Assembly (NCBI GenBank): GCA_964016885.1
Contig: OZ024740.1
Span: forward strand, 127,348,001 to 127,412,000
Origin: Eledone cirrhosa
Taxonomy: Eukaryota
Length of the DNA stretch: 64,000 nt
Direction of reading: 5' to 3'
Under the pieces are notes generated by a model. The model had not been told where the DNA came from and ran no database searches. It saw nothing but the letters and a program-made list of their open reading frames with translations. The position numbers and the translations under genes are program-made. Shown here piece after piece: positions 1 through 14,892 of this stretch (its first letter is position 1; every line of letters begins with the position of its first letter).

Positions 1-794
1 AATAACATGACATATTATCCCAGTATTAACATAAACACTAAACCAAACAAAAAAACTAGAACTAGAAATATTATTTGGTACTCTCCCCCATTCTCATTAA
101 GCGTTAAAACACCTTAAGCAAAGCTATTCTTTAAAGCACTTGATAAATGTTTTCCTAAAGCCGACAGATTCCACTCTATTTTTAACAGACACACTTTAAA
201 ACTAACCTACTCTACTACTATGAACATAGCACAACATACAAATAGAATTAATAATAGAAAATTAAATTTAAACCCTAATCAAACTAATAAAAATAGCAAT
301 AATAGTATTTCTAACAACATATTCAGAATAATAGTACCGTTCTGAACAACAATAACTCCAGTAAATGTAACTGTAGAATCAAATCAAACTGCCCTTAACA
401 AAATAATTGTTTAGACTAAAACGTAGTTTATAAATGCACAGTTAAAACTAGAGACAAAACGTTTAACTATGTTGGTGCCACTTCAACAAAATTTAAAGAA
501 AGGTTGGATAACCATAATCATACATTTAAGAGATTTGATAAAAAATCTGCTACTTCACTTTCACATCTAATTTGGAATTTAAAAGACAACAATATAGACT
601 ATTCAATATCTTGGAGAACGATTTCGGAAGCACCTGCATACAGAAACACGGCTTTATCAAGATTCTGTAAATTGTGTATCGAAGAAATTTGTTATATAAT
701 TAGCTGTCGAAACTCTATTAATCTCAGAACAGAATTATTTTCTTCTTGCAGACATCGCCAAAATTCCACGTTCAGAACTATTTTTAATTTATAA
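1..794 (+). mobile_element. Penelope-like element (Naiad-type), decayed 3' part: linker + GIY-YIG endonuclease
   Basis: RTRNIIWYSPPF...FNRHTLKLTYSTT, CNCR..CP, VVYKCTV...YVGAT..FKERL..H, LIWNLKD, CKLCIEE, SCRH; frameshifts and stops present. Confidence 0.9.
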
Positions 795-1289
795 TAATCC
801 TATATACCTTCAAAATGATCTTACCTTTTTGAAAATTTAAATGTAATTTTTTTAAATATTTTTTAATATTTTTAATATTTCTAAATTTTTTAATATCTCT
901 AATATTTATAATATTTTTAATATATATATTTAATATTTTAATTCCTACATTATTTTAATTCTGACATTATTTTTAATTCTGACATTATTGTTGTAAGGAC
1001 ACCCCTCTAAATGTATTTTTTATATATAATCAATTAGATTATATGAAGAATTATGGTTGTAAGTATTTCTATCTTATTACATTAAATATGTATATAGATT
1101 AATAATTGCGTATGTATTAGTATTATAGAGATAGACATCATTTACAATTATTAGTGGTTTATATATCAAATATGAGTTACGAAGATGTTGATTTTGTATT
1201 TTATATGGGTGGGTGGCTAGTAATAAATAGTACACATTGTTAATTAGGTTACTTAAAATAGTAATAATAATAATGAGCATGTTGTGTAC

Positions 1290-1930
1290 AGTGCTCAGGT
1301 GCACTACAACTCATCAAAAGTGTATGCATAGTACATAGGGTAATGTACAAACGTCAGGAAAATGAACAGTGCATGAGTCATGATATACACATCTGTTCAT
1401 GTGTATGGCAGGGGGACATCAGGTGTAGTTTTGGCGATTTCGGGAAGCATGAGGCTTTTTAAGGGTGCAGTGTCTCGGCAGCTAACAACTGACGCAGGCA
1501 GTTTGTTCCATGCCTCAGCAACTCTAAGCATGAAAAAACGTTTTCGAAAGTCATGGGAGCTGTTGCTGTTTTCTGACTTCGTAGGCATGTCCATGTGTGT
1601 TAAACACATGGAGATGAAAACGGTGCTCAGGGTTGTTGTTGGCGAGATGGTTAATAACTTTGTGGGTGTTTTACCAAGTCCATTGCCAGATGTCGGAGCT
1701 TCAATGAATCCAGGCCCAGAGAAGCAAGGCGTTCAGAGTATGATAGGTGTATGATGGAGAGTAGGCGCTTGGTTGCACGTCTCTGAACAGTTTCCAGGAG
1801 GTCAATGTTCTGAGCAAGATAGGGGTTCCAGACTGATGAAGCGAATTCCAAGTGTACCATAGCTGTATATAGCTTTAAATAGCGGCTAACAAAGGTCTTG
1901 CTGAGTGATACCAAGACAACCTCGGCCTTC
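1290..1930 (-). mobile_element. CR1-type LINE 3' fragment (C-terminus of RT ORF2)
   Basis: LEFASSVWNPYLAQNIDLLETVQRRATKR...SYSERLASLGLDSL and RKRFFMLRVAEAWNKLPASVV. Confidence 0.88.
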
Positions 1931-2051
1931 ATTTAAGATATTGGAATCTTAGTCGGTGGAAGGGGGAGATATTCAAATAAAAAAGAGAGAAGAAGCCGCA
2001 GATGAGTGAAATATTTGGTGAGATTTCAAAAATCAAAGGAGATATACATTT

Positions 2052-2196
<145 letters not shown>

Positions 2197-2887
2197 GTCG
2201 TGGTGGAAATTTCGACAAAATGAAATGCAATCAACATAAACTACTCCCTATTGAACAAGTTTTGCCTACATCTGAAAAAAGCACTGTTATATTTGAGTAT
2301 ATAAATCAAATGCATGTTGACTATTTAAATGTTAGAAAATAAATATATATCTATTCTCTCCATGGATATATTACTTATTATCATATATAATTTATTCTCT
2401 CATCATTATTTCTTTTTTCTCACTATAGTTAATCGTGCTGCTACATTTTAATACTTGAATATCATGCGTTTATGCCTCTTTAAAGAATATGTACTTACGA
2501 CAGTAAAAGTGTGGGTTTGAGTGGGTGTGAACGTGTGCACGTGTGGAACTCCATTTTTCCTCTCGGAATGTAGGATGAATACAATATAAATGCTGAAAAT
2601 TGTGATGTTGATCGTAGTGATTTTAGACTCTAGGACACCAATTTATATAGGAAGTTCTATGAGAGCGATTTTGGGTTAATGTAGCTTTCAAATTATACAC
2701 TTGCATCTATAACGATTCAGTTAGCGTCAGTTAAATCATTAAGATTACCAGGTTGAGTTCTTTATAATTAGGTTCATCATCGCTACATTGATTAGATCAA
2801 CTTTGATTTACAACAACTCGTCATCCAGATTTAGAGTTAAGGCTAATTGGCGTTGAAAGATCGAAAGCTGACAGCGAGTGAAATGAT

Positions 2888-3190
<303 letters not shown>

Positions 3191-4488
3191 AGTATATAAG
3201 CGTGGGTATATGTGTGTGTCACTTCATAAACATGTATGACAGCATTGTCTAGCTGTAAATGTGTTATATAGTCATACATATTCGAATTATTAGTATTTTG
3301 GACTCTACTCACCGACTGATCTACTATGAGCATCTTGGCAAATTTCTTTCACCTTTACTAATGGACATAACTGTTACAAACTAAGTCTACCCCGGTGTAA
3401 TTAAGTATTACCAAAGCACGATCTATCAGGAAGGGCTGGTAAATCATCTAGAATGTTGACATATTGCAGCATTTAAGTCTGCACATTTGCCTGAATTATC
3501 TATAGCAAATCCCCTTATGTGTGCAGGATTAGAATATTGCTGGGAATCACCATAGTTATATTCATGGTGGTTCGGTAACACTGTAAATAATTTGCATTTT
3601 ATCTAATTACTATCATGTAACATTGTCTTAAGTTAAACCACATAAACTGGCATTAATCGGCAATATTTCTTGACAACGTTTATATGTGTGCAATCGGTGC
3701 AGTCATTGTAGTCTGTTGAAGTAGTTTTTTTGTAAATAAGTAGATACAGTTCCATACAATTGCGTGGCATCTGAGACATGTGTCTTCTGAGAATCCTCAA
3801 GAATAAACCAAAATGTCGTTAATGAAATTTGTTAGACGCGAAACATGAGATTATCCGCTGGCGTGACAAACCTTGTTCTTTTGGGATATAGTTGCGCTAC
3901 CACGTTAGACACTGTGTAGGACAATATGAGTTGCAACCCATCAAAAGTATATATAATTATGTTGAATAATACAAAAATATATTAAAATAATTTTGATGAA
4001 GGGAAATCTTAGTGCAGTATTTTGATAATATGCGATTCTATATCTGTCTAAAATAAGTAACTTAGATGCACCACCATTTTTTTTATAAAGGTTAAGCCAT
4101 CTCAAATCCATTCAACACCACAAACCTGATTTTATATAAGTGCCTTAAAAAGTACGTTGGGGCTTTTGGTCAATATACATTGATGAAGATAGCCTTCTTA
4201 AAACAGTTCTACATAGCAAAACCATGGATAACGGTAATTATTTGCTCGGTCAGTTCCGATAAAAATGTTCCAGTGGATACTCTGCAGTAAGTAAAGTGAC
4301 CAGCTAAAAAACACGAGATGTCATTAAGAATCAAATTGACGACTTTCTGAACTTGAGCCTACCAGCATAGCATATATGCATGAAGGACTAGCGTAGCTAG
4401 AAAAGAACAACAACAACTATATGATCCGAAATCTAATTCGATTAAACACGTGTGCCAATTTCTAACTCAGAGATATAGCTGTCTATAT

Positions 4489-4620
<132 letters not shown>

Positions 4621-5470
4621 CACTTGGAGAGGAAGTTGAGGGGGGATAGAAAAGTCTATTTACTGAAAGGCGTATGAATGTGGCGAGAGTGGCCCGTGTG
4701 AGGGAAACTACTCTGACCATGCGCCTGTAGGCTGGTTAATTTGAGGAGGAGAGGGGTACTCCCCTCGGGTGCCCCAAAAGCGTCGGGTGTTTTAGGATTG
4801 GTGGTGTACCTGAGTTTCCTCTGTGTGTTTCACCCCCTATTGGGGAATTCATTTTGATATTATTATATTTGTTCATTATTAAATTGGTTTTGTTATTGTG
4901 CATTTTTATTCGATATTATTGTAAACCCCCACTGTCCGTGTCTTTGTATTTTCCCCTAGATGTCGGCCCTTAAATGACCAATAAATGAAATAATCTGACT
5001 AAAATGGAGCACTTCCTCTTCCACGTTTTGTGGAAGTGACGTGCTCCCATAGCCAGTCGATCCATCTGCTGTCAGCACCCGTTGCGTGGGGAACTGAGCA
5101 TGCCGTGGCTAATGATGCGCAAATATGCGCTGAGGCTTCGACATCTCTGGGGCCTCCTTGACTGTGAAAAGATGTGGTCGCCGTAGGCCAGACGCGTTTT
5201 TCCTGAGCTCGTCTCTTTGACGGAGCTGCAGTCCTGGATCAGGAAAAGACAGAGGGATAGCGCATGGAAGTCGGAATATTTCCAAGCGCTCACCACCCTC
5301 TACACGCTGGGCACTAGTATCAGTGGAACATCCACCTCGGCGTTCTATAGAGGACTATTGGATGGGAAGAACGCCGACGTTCTCGGGGAGACTATGGGCG
5401 TCGAAGACGATCAGCTGTTCGCTCTCTTCAAGAGAACTTTCAGCCCAGGGCCTACGGCCAACTTCCATTT
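4621..5470 (+). mobile_element. L1/Tx1-type LINE fragments (probable ORF2 end + 3'UTR at 4621-4995, then an internal post-RT piece at 4996-5470)
   Basis: LEHFLFHVLWK*RAPIASRSICCQHPLRGELSMPWL resembles the FLW...P..GGLG.P motif of L1/Tx1 ORF2; the first piece ends in aataaatgaaataa. Confidence 0.6.
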
Positions 5471-6249
5471 GTTATCTGAGATATTAGAAAGGTTTAGAAA
5501 GGAAGGTAATCATTGTACATTTTAGATGGTCATACGTTCTTTTGTATCTGAAAAAGATTGAAGGCTGGGCGTTGGATTGTGGCGTGACTAGCTGTTGTGA
5601 GAGGGGTGAGTGAGCGTACGCGAGCAAACTGACCAAGGTAGGGATGTGTATACATATGTATATGAAACTGTGCACTTACATACACACAGGCGTAAAGCAG
5701 TCTCAAGGGTTTGTATAGTAAAGGAGCCAGTAGCATATATGATCTTTCCTTTGCATATTTCATTTCGTGGTATGGTGTTTAAGAGAAACTACTTAGCTTC
5801 AAGTATGATATGATGGTACAACCGTAAGCAGCTGAACTACAAAGTGTGAAGTAACTATGTGCGTGGAGGTGGAGAGAACCGTATGGTGGTGGAGTTATAC
5901 AAAATATAGGCGTCATTCAACACCGACGGCACTGCAGCCGCTGCACTGGGTGTCTGGCGATTACAGGCGCACACATAAGAAACTATCACATATGCCCACA
6001 GAAGCCTGAGTGATGTGTGCGTCGATGGTGCGTTTGGTCTTGCTTACACATACATCTTATAACGTAAGGTTTTGAGGTTAATCTGTGCACAGAGGAATAT
6101 ATGTTTTGGGTAGTGTATACTGGTAGTGTAAATGTGGTAGCGTATTGTGAGGTCTCTGGAGTTATGTTTGTTTCTTTCTATGTGTGTGAGTGTGTGTGTA
6201 AGAGTAATGATAAAGAGAGGGTATAGACATTGTGAGAATGAATTATGTC

Positions 6250-7420
6250 CAGTGTGAAAAGTAATTCCAATGAGAAAAAATAAGTCCTCCTTGGTCCTGG
6301 TGTCAGTGAGTGTGTTTCCGTGGTGTCATATAAGGTCTGCTACAGTGCAATTTTGAGTAGAGTGATTGGGGAATGGAAGTGATGAGCAATAGGGTATTGT
6401 TTACCAGTTGTATATCCCTTAGGTTTTCGGCGAATCGATCCACGAGACGGCGGCGGTTAGTCTGGTATATGGACCTGCAAAAGGAACATTGGGTGGAATG
6501 GACGAAGTTGGGAGAAGTACATGTGAAGGAATGGTGAATGCGAAAAGAATAGATTGCACTTCTAAGTGTAGAAAGGTTTTTTATGTAGCTACGGGAATTA
6601 CAGCTCGGCCAGGAGCAAGGACATGGGCGAGGTGGAGTCCTAGAGAAAGGAGAGAAGGAACTGCGCACAAGAAGGTCACGAAAATTAAGGCGGCACTGAT
6701 GGGTTGGTTAGGAAAGAAGCTCGTTGATGGATGGGTTAGAAAAGAAGCGAGAAGTGATGGAGTCAGAAACGATGTTCGGGAATCAATGAAAGTATAGCGT
6801 TACATGGGTAGTATAGAGGGTTTGTAGGTGAAGAGGAAAGGAAGGCGGTTGTTGGGAAACCTATGGCGGACAGGAGGATGTGAGGAATTCGGAGTAGGGT
6901 ATGGAGATTTGGGACTGGATTAGATGGAAGAAGGTGTATTGAGTTATGAGCGAGAGTTAGTAGGGTTGTAATGGATGGAGCTAGAGAGTTTTTGGTGAGT
7001 GTGGTCGATAGAGTGGAGGATGTCTAGAAACTGGATGGAAAAAATCATAGACGAATTTGGTGAAGGTGAGGGGAGGATGAAAATTGTGGACAAAAGAAAG
7101 TAAAGAATCGAGTTGTTCACCGAAGAGACAGTCAGGCCGATACAATCGTAGATATAATGACCGTATAGCTCAGTGGTGGATCCAATGTACTCTAAAAACG
7201 CTCAGTCCAGTAGACATCACCGCGTTTTGTTTTATGTATACATATAGTGTGTTATTGTTTTTTTGTTTTTTTTTACTTTTTGTTTTTTGTATGGTGGAAT
7301 TCAATATTACAAATGTCATTGGCGGTAATTTAACAACTCGATGATTTAGTGTAGTGGAAGCAGAGGTTATTGAGATGGGGAGACTTACAATTGATTTTTG
7401 TATCGATTTCTATTTGGAGT
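6250..7420 (-). mobile_element. decayed Penelope-like element (Neptune-like RT end + GIY-YIG)
   Basis: ELYGHYIYDCIG..EQLDSLLSFVHNFHPPLTFT (RYIDD region); FTCTSPNFV...CSFC..IYQT.RRLVDRFAENLRDI. Confidence 0.75.
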
Positions 7421-9211
7421 TGAGTACCGTATTCCACAACACTAAAACGTGAACGCGGCAGAACACTTTCTATAATTTTATATTTCTTTATATCTATTTA
7501 AAAGTTTATAATACATTGTTTTTGTTTACAACCATAAAATAACATAGATGACATAAAAATGTCTTCACGTCCCAAATACTTGTCTGGATGCCTCCATCAT
7601 TTTCCTATATTATGTACTACAGGATTGTTTAAGTTTGATCTATGTTAATTCAGTACCGATTTAAAATATCGACAATCTAGAAATCATTCACCAATATGAT
7701 TACACTTGAATTTATTGTAGTGTAGACATCTGGCGTCCTGACTCCACGAATCACATTTTTACGTAGTATGATCATGATGCATATGGCCATCCGCCAAACC
7801 GAGCCCCGCAATTTGAACTGGCTCATTTATTGCTTTTGCCTTATTATCCGGAGAAACGCATAAACAGTTCTGTCCAACCGGACTATGAAGCAACAAGAAA
7901 CTTAAATAAGATTTCGATTAAGTAAGCAACGCAATTATTTATATTCTGGTTTGCCAAATATATTCAGTTAGGATATTTGAAAAATCTGAAAAAAAGCTGA
8001 TTCAAAACATCATTATAAAATGGTATGAATTTTATAAAGCTTTCTGTATAACCTTGCCTGAGCGTTTCAGAACATATTATGAAATAATTCTACACCAATA
8101 GACATACGTTGTCTAAACCACATTACACAGGAAGAGGTGAAATACGTTTATTTTCAAAGGAAATGTGGTTACTTAAAGAGACGTTTTACATAATCTCCAG
8201 CTATATGATAGTCAAAGCAGTATTATGTTGACAAACGTATTTTTTCACGACGTTCAATCATTAGATTCCTTTTTGTACATGATATAATTTATTATTTATG
8301 TGCTAATCAAGTTAAGTAAATAAATATCCAGATATATAGTTACTCGCCATGTTTGCGAACTCATAATTGTCAGATTTGTAGCCGAAATAAGAAAATAAGA
8401 AATTGTTAAAATTTACACATAAAACATTGTGCCAAATTTTCGTTTATCTTTCTCTACATATGTCTGAGTATGACATATACAAATAAGTCTCTCACGAGAA
8501 TTCAGTTTATATTATCATCTTGTCAGTCAGTTGACATATCAAATAGGTAGTAATCTGGCTTCCAATCAAAATTATTTTTGTATGTTGCCACTTTTAGCAA
8601 TCCTTACAAGTGAATAGCAAACTTATTTAGAGTTCCCTTTTATTAATGCAAGGATTTCAAAGCTTTCATCTTCCATCAGATTCAGGCAAAAGCGTTCGAT
8701 CTAAAGTCATGATGAATATTTAATCGCGCGCTTAACATAGAAAATATAATCAGATTATAAGTTAAGACACATTTAATTGTATTTCTTCTTTTCAAGCAAT
8801 CTCACTCGGAAGGAAAATATTTTCGACACGGCTACAAATAAATGTATTGTTTCCCTCCAACTGTTTCTAAATTTAGTTCAGAAATAAACCGAAGGATTAA
8901 ATTAAAATTTGAAATAGAAATTATGATCCAATAATATATATTTTTATACAAATTCCTTATATTCTCCTACTTCTAATTACGTCTGAGTATAGAGCAGTAA
9001 GTGCATGTGCTGTATTACTCGAAATACACTGCAGTAGTGTTGGGATTACAATGTAGTTTCAAATCCTAGTCGGATCGTGACGATCGCTTCAAAATTCATT
9101 CATAATACTTCTTAATTTGTCGATTTTATTTAGTCCCAGCCATATTGCGATCAACTCACCCAGGTTTGATGTCATTCAAGTCGCGCCCTACCTATTTGCT
9201 TATTCAGCCAT

Positions 9212-9285
<74 letters not shown>

Positions 9286-9448
9286 AATTAATATATCTAC
9301 CGACATATGTATACAGATGCATACCTATGCCAGCAGATATATATGTTTTGTCTTAGTAACTTTGTGGTTCTATGCAGGGGAATGCAGAACAATTATATGA
9401 AAGACGTAAATAAGAAAGTTATGAAAATTGACTTATTACTAAAATTTC

Positions 9449-9528
9449 ACTCCAACTAATTAGTTTCTGTAAGGGGATAAATACAGTTATGTAATATCTG
9501 TAGAGAAGCCTTGCGTCATCAGGGAGTC
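9449..9528 (-). ncRNA. type I hammerhead ribozyme (inverted copy)
   Basis: reverse complement of 9701-9780. Confidence 0.8.
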
Positions 9529-9700
9529 TATTCTCAGCTAAGCTACCAGGCAGTGAATTTTCAGTGGCTAGGAATCTAGGCCCACTCGCTTTTTTCGCTT
9601 TTTTCGCTTTTTTCGCTTTTTTCGCTTTTTTCCATCCACTGAATTATTGTTATATAAGTTTCCAGTGTGCCCGCATTGCCTGGTAGCTTAGCTGAGAATC

Positions 9701-9780
9701 GACTCCCTGATGACGTAAGGCTTCTCTACAGATATTACATAACTGTATTTATCCCCTTACAGAAACTAATTAGTTGGAGT
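9701..9780 (+). ncRNA. type I hammerhead ribozyme
   Basis: ACTCC-CTGATGA-cGTAAGG..CCTTACa-GAAA-CTAATTAG-TT-GGAGT. Confidence 0.85.
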
Positions 9781-10229
9781 GAAATTTTAGTAATAAGTCA
9801 ATTTTCATAACTTTCTTATTTACGTCTTTCATATAATTGTTCTGCATTCCCCTGCATAGAACCACAAAGTTACTAAGACAAAACATATATATCTGCTGAC
9901 ATAGGTATGCATCTGTATACATATGTCGGTAGATATATCAATTCTTTATAATCATCTCCAAATTATTTGTAGAGCAAAATTTGCCAAATTACTACTGTGA
10001 CTGATAGTAGTGGCTAGGCTCTGTCTTAATAGCACCCCCACTCCAAGCTGGTTAACCTCAGTGTCACGTCATTGATTCTTTTGAATTTGCCACTTGACCA
10101 AGAAGGCAGTGAATTTTTAGTGGCTTGGAATCTAGCCCCACTCGCCTTTTTCGCTTTTTTCCATCCACTGAATTATTGTTATATAAGTTTCCAGTGTCCC
10201 CGCATTGCCTGGTAGCTTAGCTGAGAATC

Positions 10230-10309
10230 GACTCCCTGATGACGTAAGGCTTCTCTACAGATATTACATAACTGTATTTACCCCCTTACGGAAACTAATT
10301 AGTTGGAGT
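10230..10309 (+). ncRNA. type I hammerhead ribozyme
   Basis: ACTCC-CTGATGA-CGTAAGG..CCTTACG-GAAA-CTAATTAG-TT-GGAGT; all three stems form. Confidence 0.88.
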
Positions 10310-10356
10310 GAAATTTTAGTAAGTAAGTCAATTTTCATAACTTTCTTATTTACGTC

Positions 10357-10615
<259 letters not shown>

Positions 10616-10711
10616 GTATATATGTTATCTATGTTTACTAGGATTACTAGCCGGGATAGGAAAAATATAAATGTATTTATACATATGTACACTCATATAT
10701 ATATATATATA

Positions 10712-11038
10712 TAAATAAAAACATACACAGACACCCGGACGTAACACATGCGCAAACTAACCACACAACACACACAAAAACAAGATGGCGTAGAACAGAA
10801 CAAAGTAGAGGCACAAAACAAACCAAAGAATTCCCTGAAGAGGTGACTGAATGTGTGAAGAAAGAACTTTGATAATATATGAACAACCGTTCGGTTGTAG
10901 AACCAACCAACCAACCAAGCAACCAACCAACCGGAAATTTACAAATTTCTTAAATTTATAAATTTAATTTATAATAAATTAGTGTGAAAGTAACTGGTGC
11001 GTGTGTTTCTTATTGGCAACATGACCCGCCCAAAGTAT

Positions 11039-11042
<4 letters not shown>
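10712..11042 (+). mobile_element. solo Penelope pLTR fragment (same family as 45826-46768)
   Basis: matches the reverse complement of about 45826-46130; degenerate CTGAAGA...GAAA core at about 10835-10872. Confidence 0.75.
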
Positions 11043-11077
<35 letters not shown>

Positions 11078-11081
<4 letters not shown>

Positions 11082-11282
11082 AACGAGTAGGACCCCAACG
11101 GCTGAGCTCAAGCCGTTTCGACGGCTAATTCTTGACTAATTTTAGTCTAGAATTAGCCGTCGAAACGGCTTGAGCTCAGCCGTCGGGGTGCTACTCGTTC
11201 CTATTACCCACTCTACTACCCTAAGTATTGAGTACTTTGGTGCGTTATGGTCCACCTGGTTCCTTACCACATTTCCTTCGTT
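11078..11282 (+). mobile_element. short fold-back element with tail, containing the 3' half of an HHR
   Basis: hairpin 11078-11203; GAAA-CGGCT-TGAGCTC-AGCCG-TC-GGGG at 11162-11188; relatives at 24427-24534 and 38701-38893. Confidence 0.8.
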
Positions 11283-11297
11283 ATATATATATATATA

Positions 11298-11400
11298 TAA
11301 TTGTTTCTACTTTAGGCACAAGGGCATCAATTACCCCAGTGCATTACTGGTACTTTATTTTATCGACCCCGTAAGGATGAAAGGGAAAGTCAACCTCGGT
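11298..11400 (-). mobile_element. SINE 3' half (Meta-domain-like core)
   Basis: reverse complement of gaggttgactttccctttcatccttacggggtcgataaaataaagtaccag, shared with 24110-24298. Confidence 0.8.
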
Positions 11401-11423
11401 ATATATAATTATATATATATAAC

Positions 11424-11734
11424 ATAATAATACTAAAAAGAAACAAACACAGATATATACATATCTCCGTTCAAATCACAAGGGACATAAACGCAAGGGT
11501 GAAGAAGATACTAACTAAGTATAATACGGTTTGCTAGACTCAATTAAAAGGTTTGTAATTCTTAATTTATCCTTTTAATAGAGTCTAGCAAACCGTATTA
11601 TCCTTAGTTAGTAATTTCTTCACCCTAGCGCTTTACGCCCCTTGTGATTTGAAAGCATATACATCTTTATTATTTTATATTATAAGGCTCGGAATTATTT
11701 TAATTATAAGGGACTATTGTGAGTGTTTAACTCA
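11424..11734 (+). repeat. fold-back element (about 115-bp arms) with tail between TA tracts
   Basis: ttcaaatcacaaggg...ctagactc pairs with gagtctag...cccttgtgatttgaa. Confidence 0.75.
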
Positions 11735-12144
11735 ATATATATATATATATATATATAACATTTTGACGGACACAAGAAATAGATGAAATATTTCAACAAA
11801 CAATACATTATTTATATGATTTATATGTATAATTCTCCAAAGAATGTCATTTCAATAACTTTGTACATAAATCATCCGAATCAATTATATGTAACAAATA
11901 AATGGTATTTATTTATCGACCATGTGTGTGCGCACCATATTGGTTGAAGCGACGAAATTATTCTTTGGGTAAAGGAACATATGTGCATCAAAAACATTAT
12001 GTATTAATTGTTCTTGTGTGTCTTTATGATCTGTGATAATACATTTATGATGATCGGATGTTTACTATAGGGATTTACCTCCGCATTTCCTTCCGATAAT
12101 CAGGATATTGAAAAAACCCATACCCTTTTCAATGACTTTACCTC

Positions 12145-12220
<76 letters not shown>

Positions 12221-12434
12221 TACCAGGTATATTAATTCTGTTCAATGAATGTTCTCCAAATTGAAATAGAAAAAAATACTACTAAATGATTGTTTGTCAC
12301 TATATCACAGAGCGTAATGATGTATACCCATTATATGCAGTCAATAGTATTGTATTGCTCACAAGATTCCAACTCTTAGGCGGATAAAAAAAAATGTGGA
12401 TGATCTAGTTGTGAGATTCCTAAATGTTATATAT

Positions 12435-12960
12435 AGTGGAGGCGGCAAAGTGGCAAAGTACTTAGAATGTCGTATCGAATGTTCTGTGGTAAACATTTCG
12501 GCTTTTCACTCTGTAAGTTCTAATCTGTCCGAGGTCAACATTGCTTTTCCTCGATTCAAGATCGATTAAAAAGTGCCCATCTGGCACTTGGATCGATGTT
12601 TCCTCTATATCTCTTTCTCACTTCCATCCTCTCACTCCCTGGAAAAATTCGTTTGTATTCAGATCTGGGTATGCGATAGGATCTGCCACATTAGGAAGAA
12701 ATGCCCTAGAAACGCCGTATGTTCATATGACACCTCTTAAAAGATTAATATAAATAATAGGGGATGTGGTACACAATTGTATATCGTCAGACAAACGCTT
12801 TGTTGTATTTTTTCCTGTTTAAGTACAACTGAGGTAATGTTTGCCTTTCGTCATTCAAGCTTCAATAAATTAAAATGCTTGTCCCTTATTGTGAACATTT
12901 TAATCAACTTCAGCCTCTTTCTAAAATTGCTGGTCTTGTGCCTAAATTTGAAACTAAGTT
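12435..12960 (+). mobile_element. two degenerate SINE copies (about 12435-12600 and 12810-12960)
   Basis: ggcggcaaagtggcaaa...gttctaatctgtccgaggtcaacattgctttt and gaggtaatgtttgcctttcgtc...cttgtgcctaaatttgaaac. Confidence 0.55.
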
Positions 12961-13079
12961 AGAATCATTAAAATATAGTTCTCCTTCTTTATGTTTTATA
13001 TTTATGATGAACATTAACAAATTTTACAACGCAATTGTTTCTTTCTCTCTTATCATTCTTTAATATAAATATCCTATGC

Positions 13080-13330
13080 AGACGACACCTTATAGAAATT
13101 TGTCCCGAAAGACAGCATGCCGTAGTGAAAATCACCATTTCACCGTCCGATATAGTGTAAATGGCCCGGTAGATCGCAAAATATAGTAGCACCCACCATT
13201 CTATATTTTGATAAATTATCCATTGGTGCTAACATATTGAAGTCAAACACACTATTCTTCATACCATTTGCGAGAAAATGTGTTAATGCCATCTGAAACT
13301 TTATTGGATTTAGCAATTATGTTGAAGCCT
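13080..13330 (-). pseudogene. possible highly decayed Tc1/mariner transposase fragment
   Basis: frameshifted SDGINTF.RK..EE and PGHLHYI/DGEM resemble Tc1 DDE-region motifs; weak. Confidence 0.3.
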
Positions 13331-13894
13331 TGTAAAATGTTTTAGCACAGCATGAATTTCCATTTTATTAATAATAAATGTATTCATCAGTACACAGGAT
13401 GAGTAGGAAATTTAAACTAATATACGACCAAAATATTGCAAGCAGTATTTATTAGTTTCTCATTCTCTGTATCTCACACAATCTCTCTCATCACTCTTTA
13501 ACACTGACACTTTAACTCCCCCTCTCTGTTTATCTCTTTCTTTCATTTTACATTTTCCTCTCATTTTCGTTTCGTCATCTCATCACTGTCTTACTTCATC
13601 TTTAACGTCTCTCACAGTAATATTGTCTTCCTCAGTCTCATAAACGTTTCTTTATTTTTTTTTCATGTGGGTGTTCTCCTTCAAAATATAGAGGAAATAA
13701 ACTTTCTCTCTTTTTTTCCTTATATTTTCAACGCTTACACCATTGCACATTCTATGGCCAAGTAATTCTGCTGCACTTTCTTATATTTCTATTATTTTAA
13801 GTTTTACTTTCTCTCTCAATCCATTGTTAACATTTTATCCAAATTTCTCAACTTTTATATCTCCTCAGCCTGTGTCTCTAACCATTCATCGAAA

Positions 13895-14054
<160 letters not shown>

Positions 14055-14892
14055 GTATGTATAAGCAAATACATTTCCTCTCCCACGGTACTTATGGTTA
14101 TTTCACGCCCTCAATCCTTTTCATTTTACTATATCTCCATTCATTCTCTCCCTCATATATTTATATTAATTATGATTTATATTCTACTTTTTCCTTGTGC
14201 CAATCTGTTATTTTCTCCTCCAAATTCCCTCTGCTGTTCATCTCTACAGCACTCTCGCAATTATCAATCTCACCACTCTCACTCCTTCTTTTTCACTCGT
14301 TTCACAATTTTAATGCCATTTTCTGTTCAACTCAGTTGAAATCCCTTTAACACTTCTGCAACTGTCACCTCATAGAGTGTTATAATTTTGGAATGTGTCA
14401 CGCATGTCTGTGAATTTCTACTGGAAATTGTTGCAGATGTGTCAACACATACATGGGAAGCTTTAATGGAGAAGCGCATAAATAAGCTTGGAATATCCGA
14501 TGCGACAATTGTTGGAATTTAGTGAACTATATCACTGTAGCATATACATATATCCTTATATAAGATACAATTTTAATAAAGAAATGTAGCACTTTAAATG
14601 GATGACTCCATTATATAACAGAATATTCTCCTCTTAGTCCTTTGAAGTACACATCGCTAATTTGATTGATTCAAGAAATTTACAAATCAGGATAGTGTGC
14701 GGCAAATATTGATTGGTTTTATTGATTCGTCAAGAATATATATTTTAGGCTACAACAAATTCAGAATTTTAATTCATTTACTGATTTCAAGTTTAAACCT
14801 TACGTTATTGCCTCAAATATGAAACGAAACCAGCCTGCTAGCTAGGTATATCAATCCATGAAACACAGTGCTCAGCACACATTGTGTATATA

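Noticed and set aside
7440-9200. Non-repetitive-looking stretches (also 3230-4440 and 57030-58800) as host exons
   Set aside because: No ORF or recognisable domain; short exons cannot be excluded without RNA-seq
9587-9632. (TTTTTTCGC)n short array
   Set aside because: Local slippage inside the element; the second unit has fewer copies; no spacers, so not CRISPR-like
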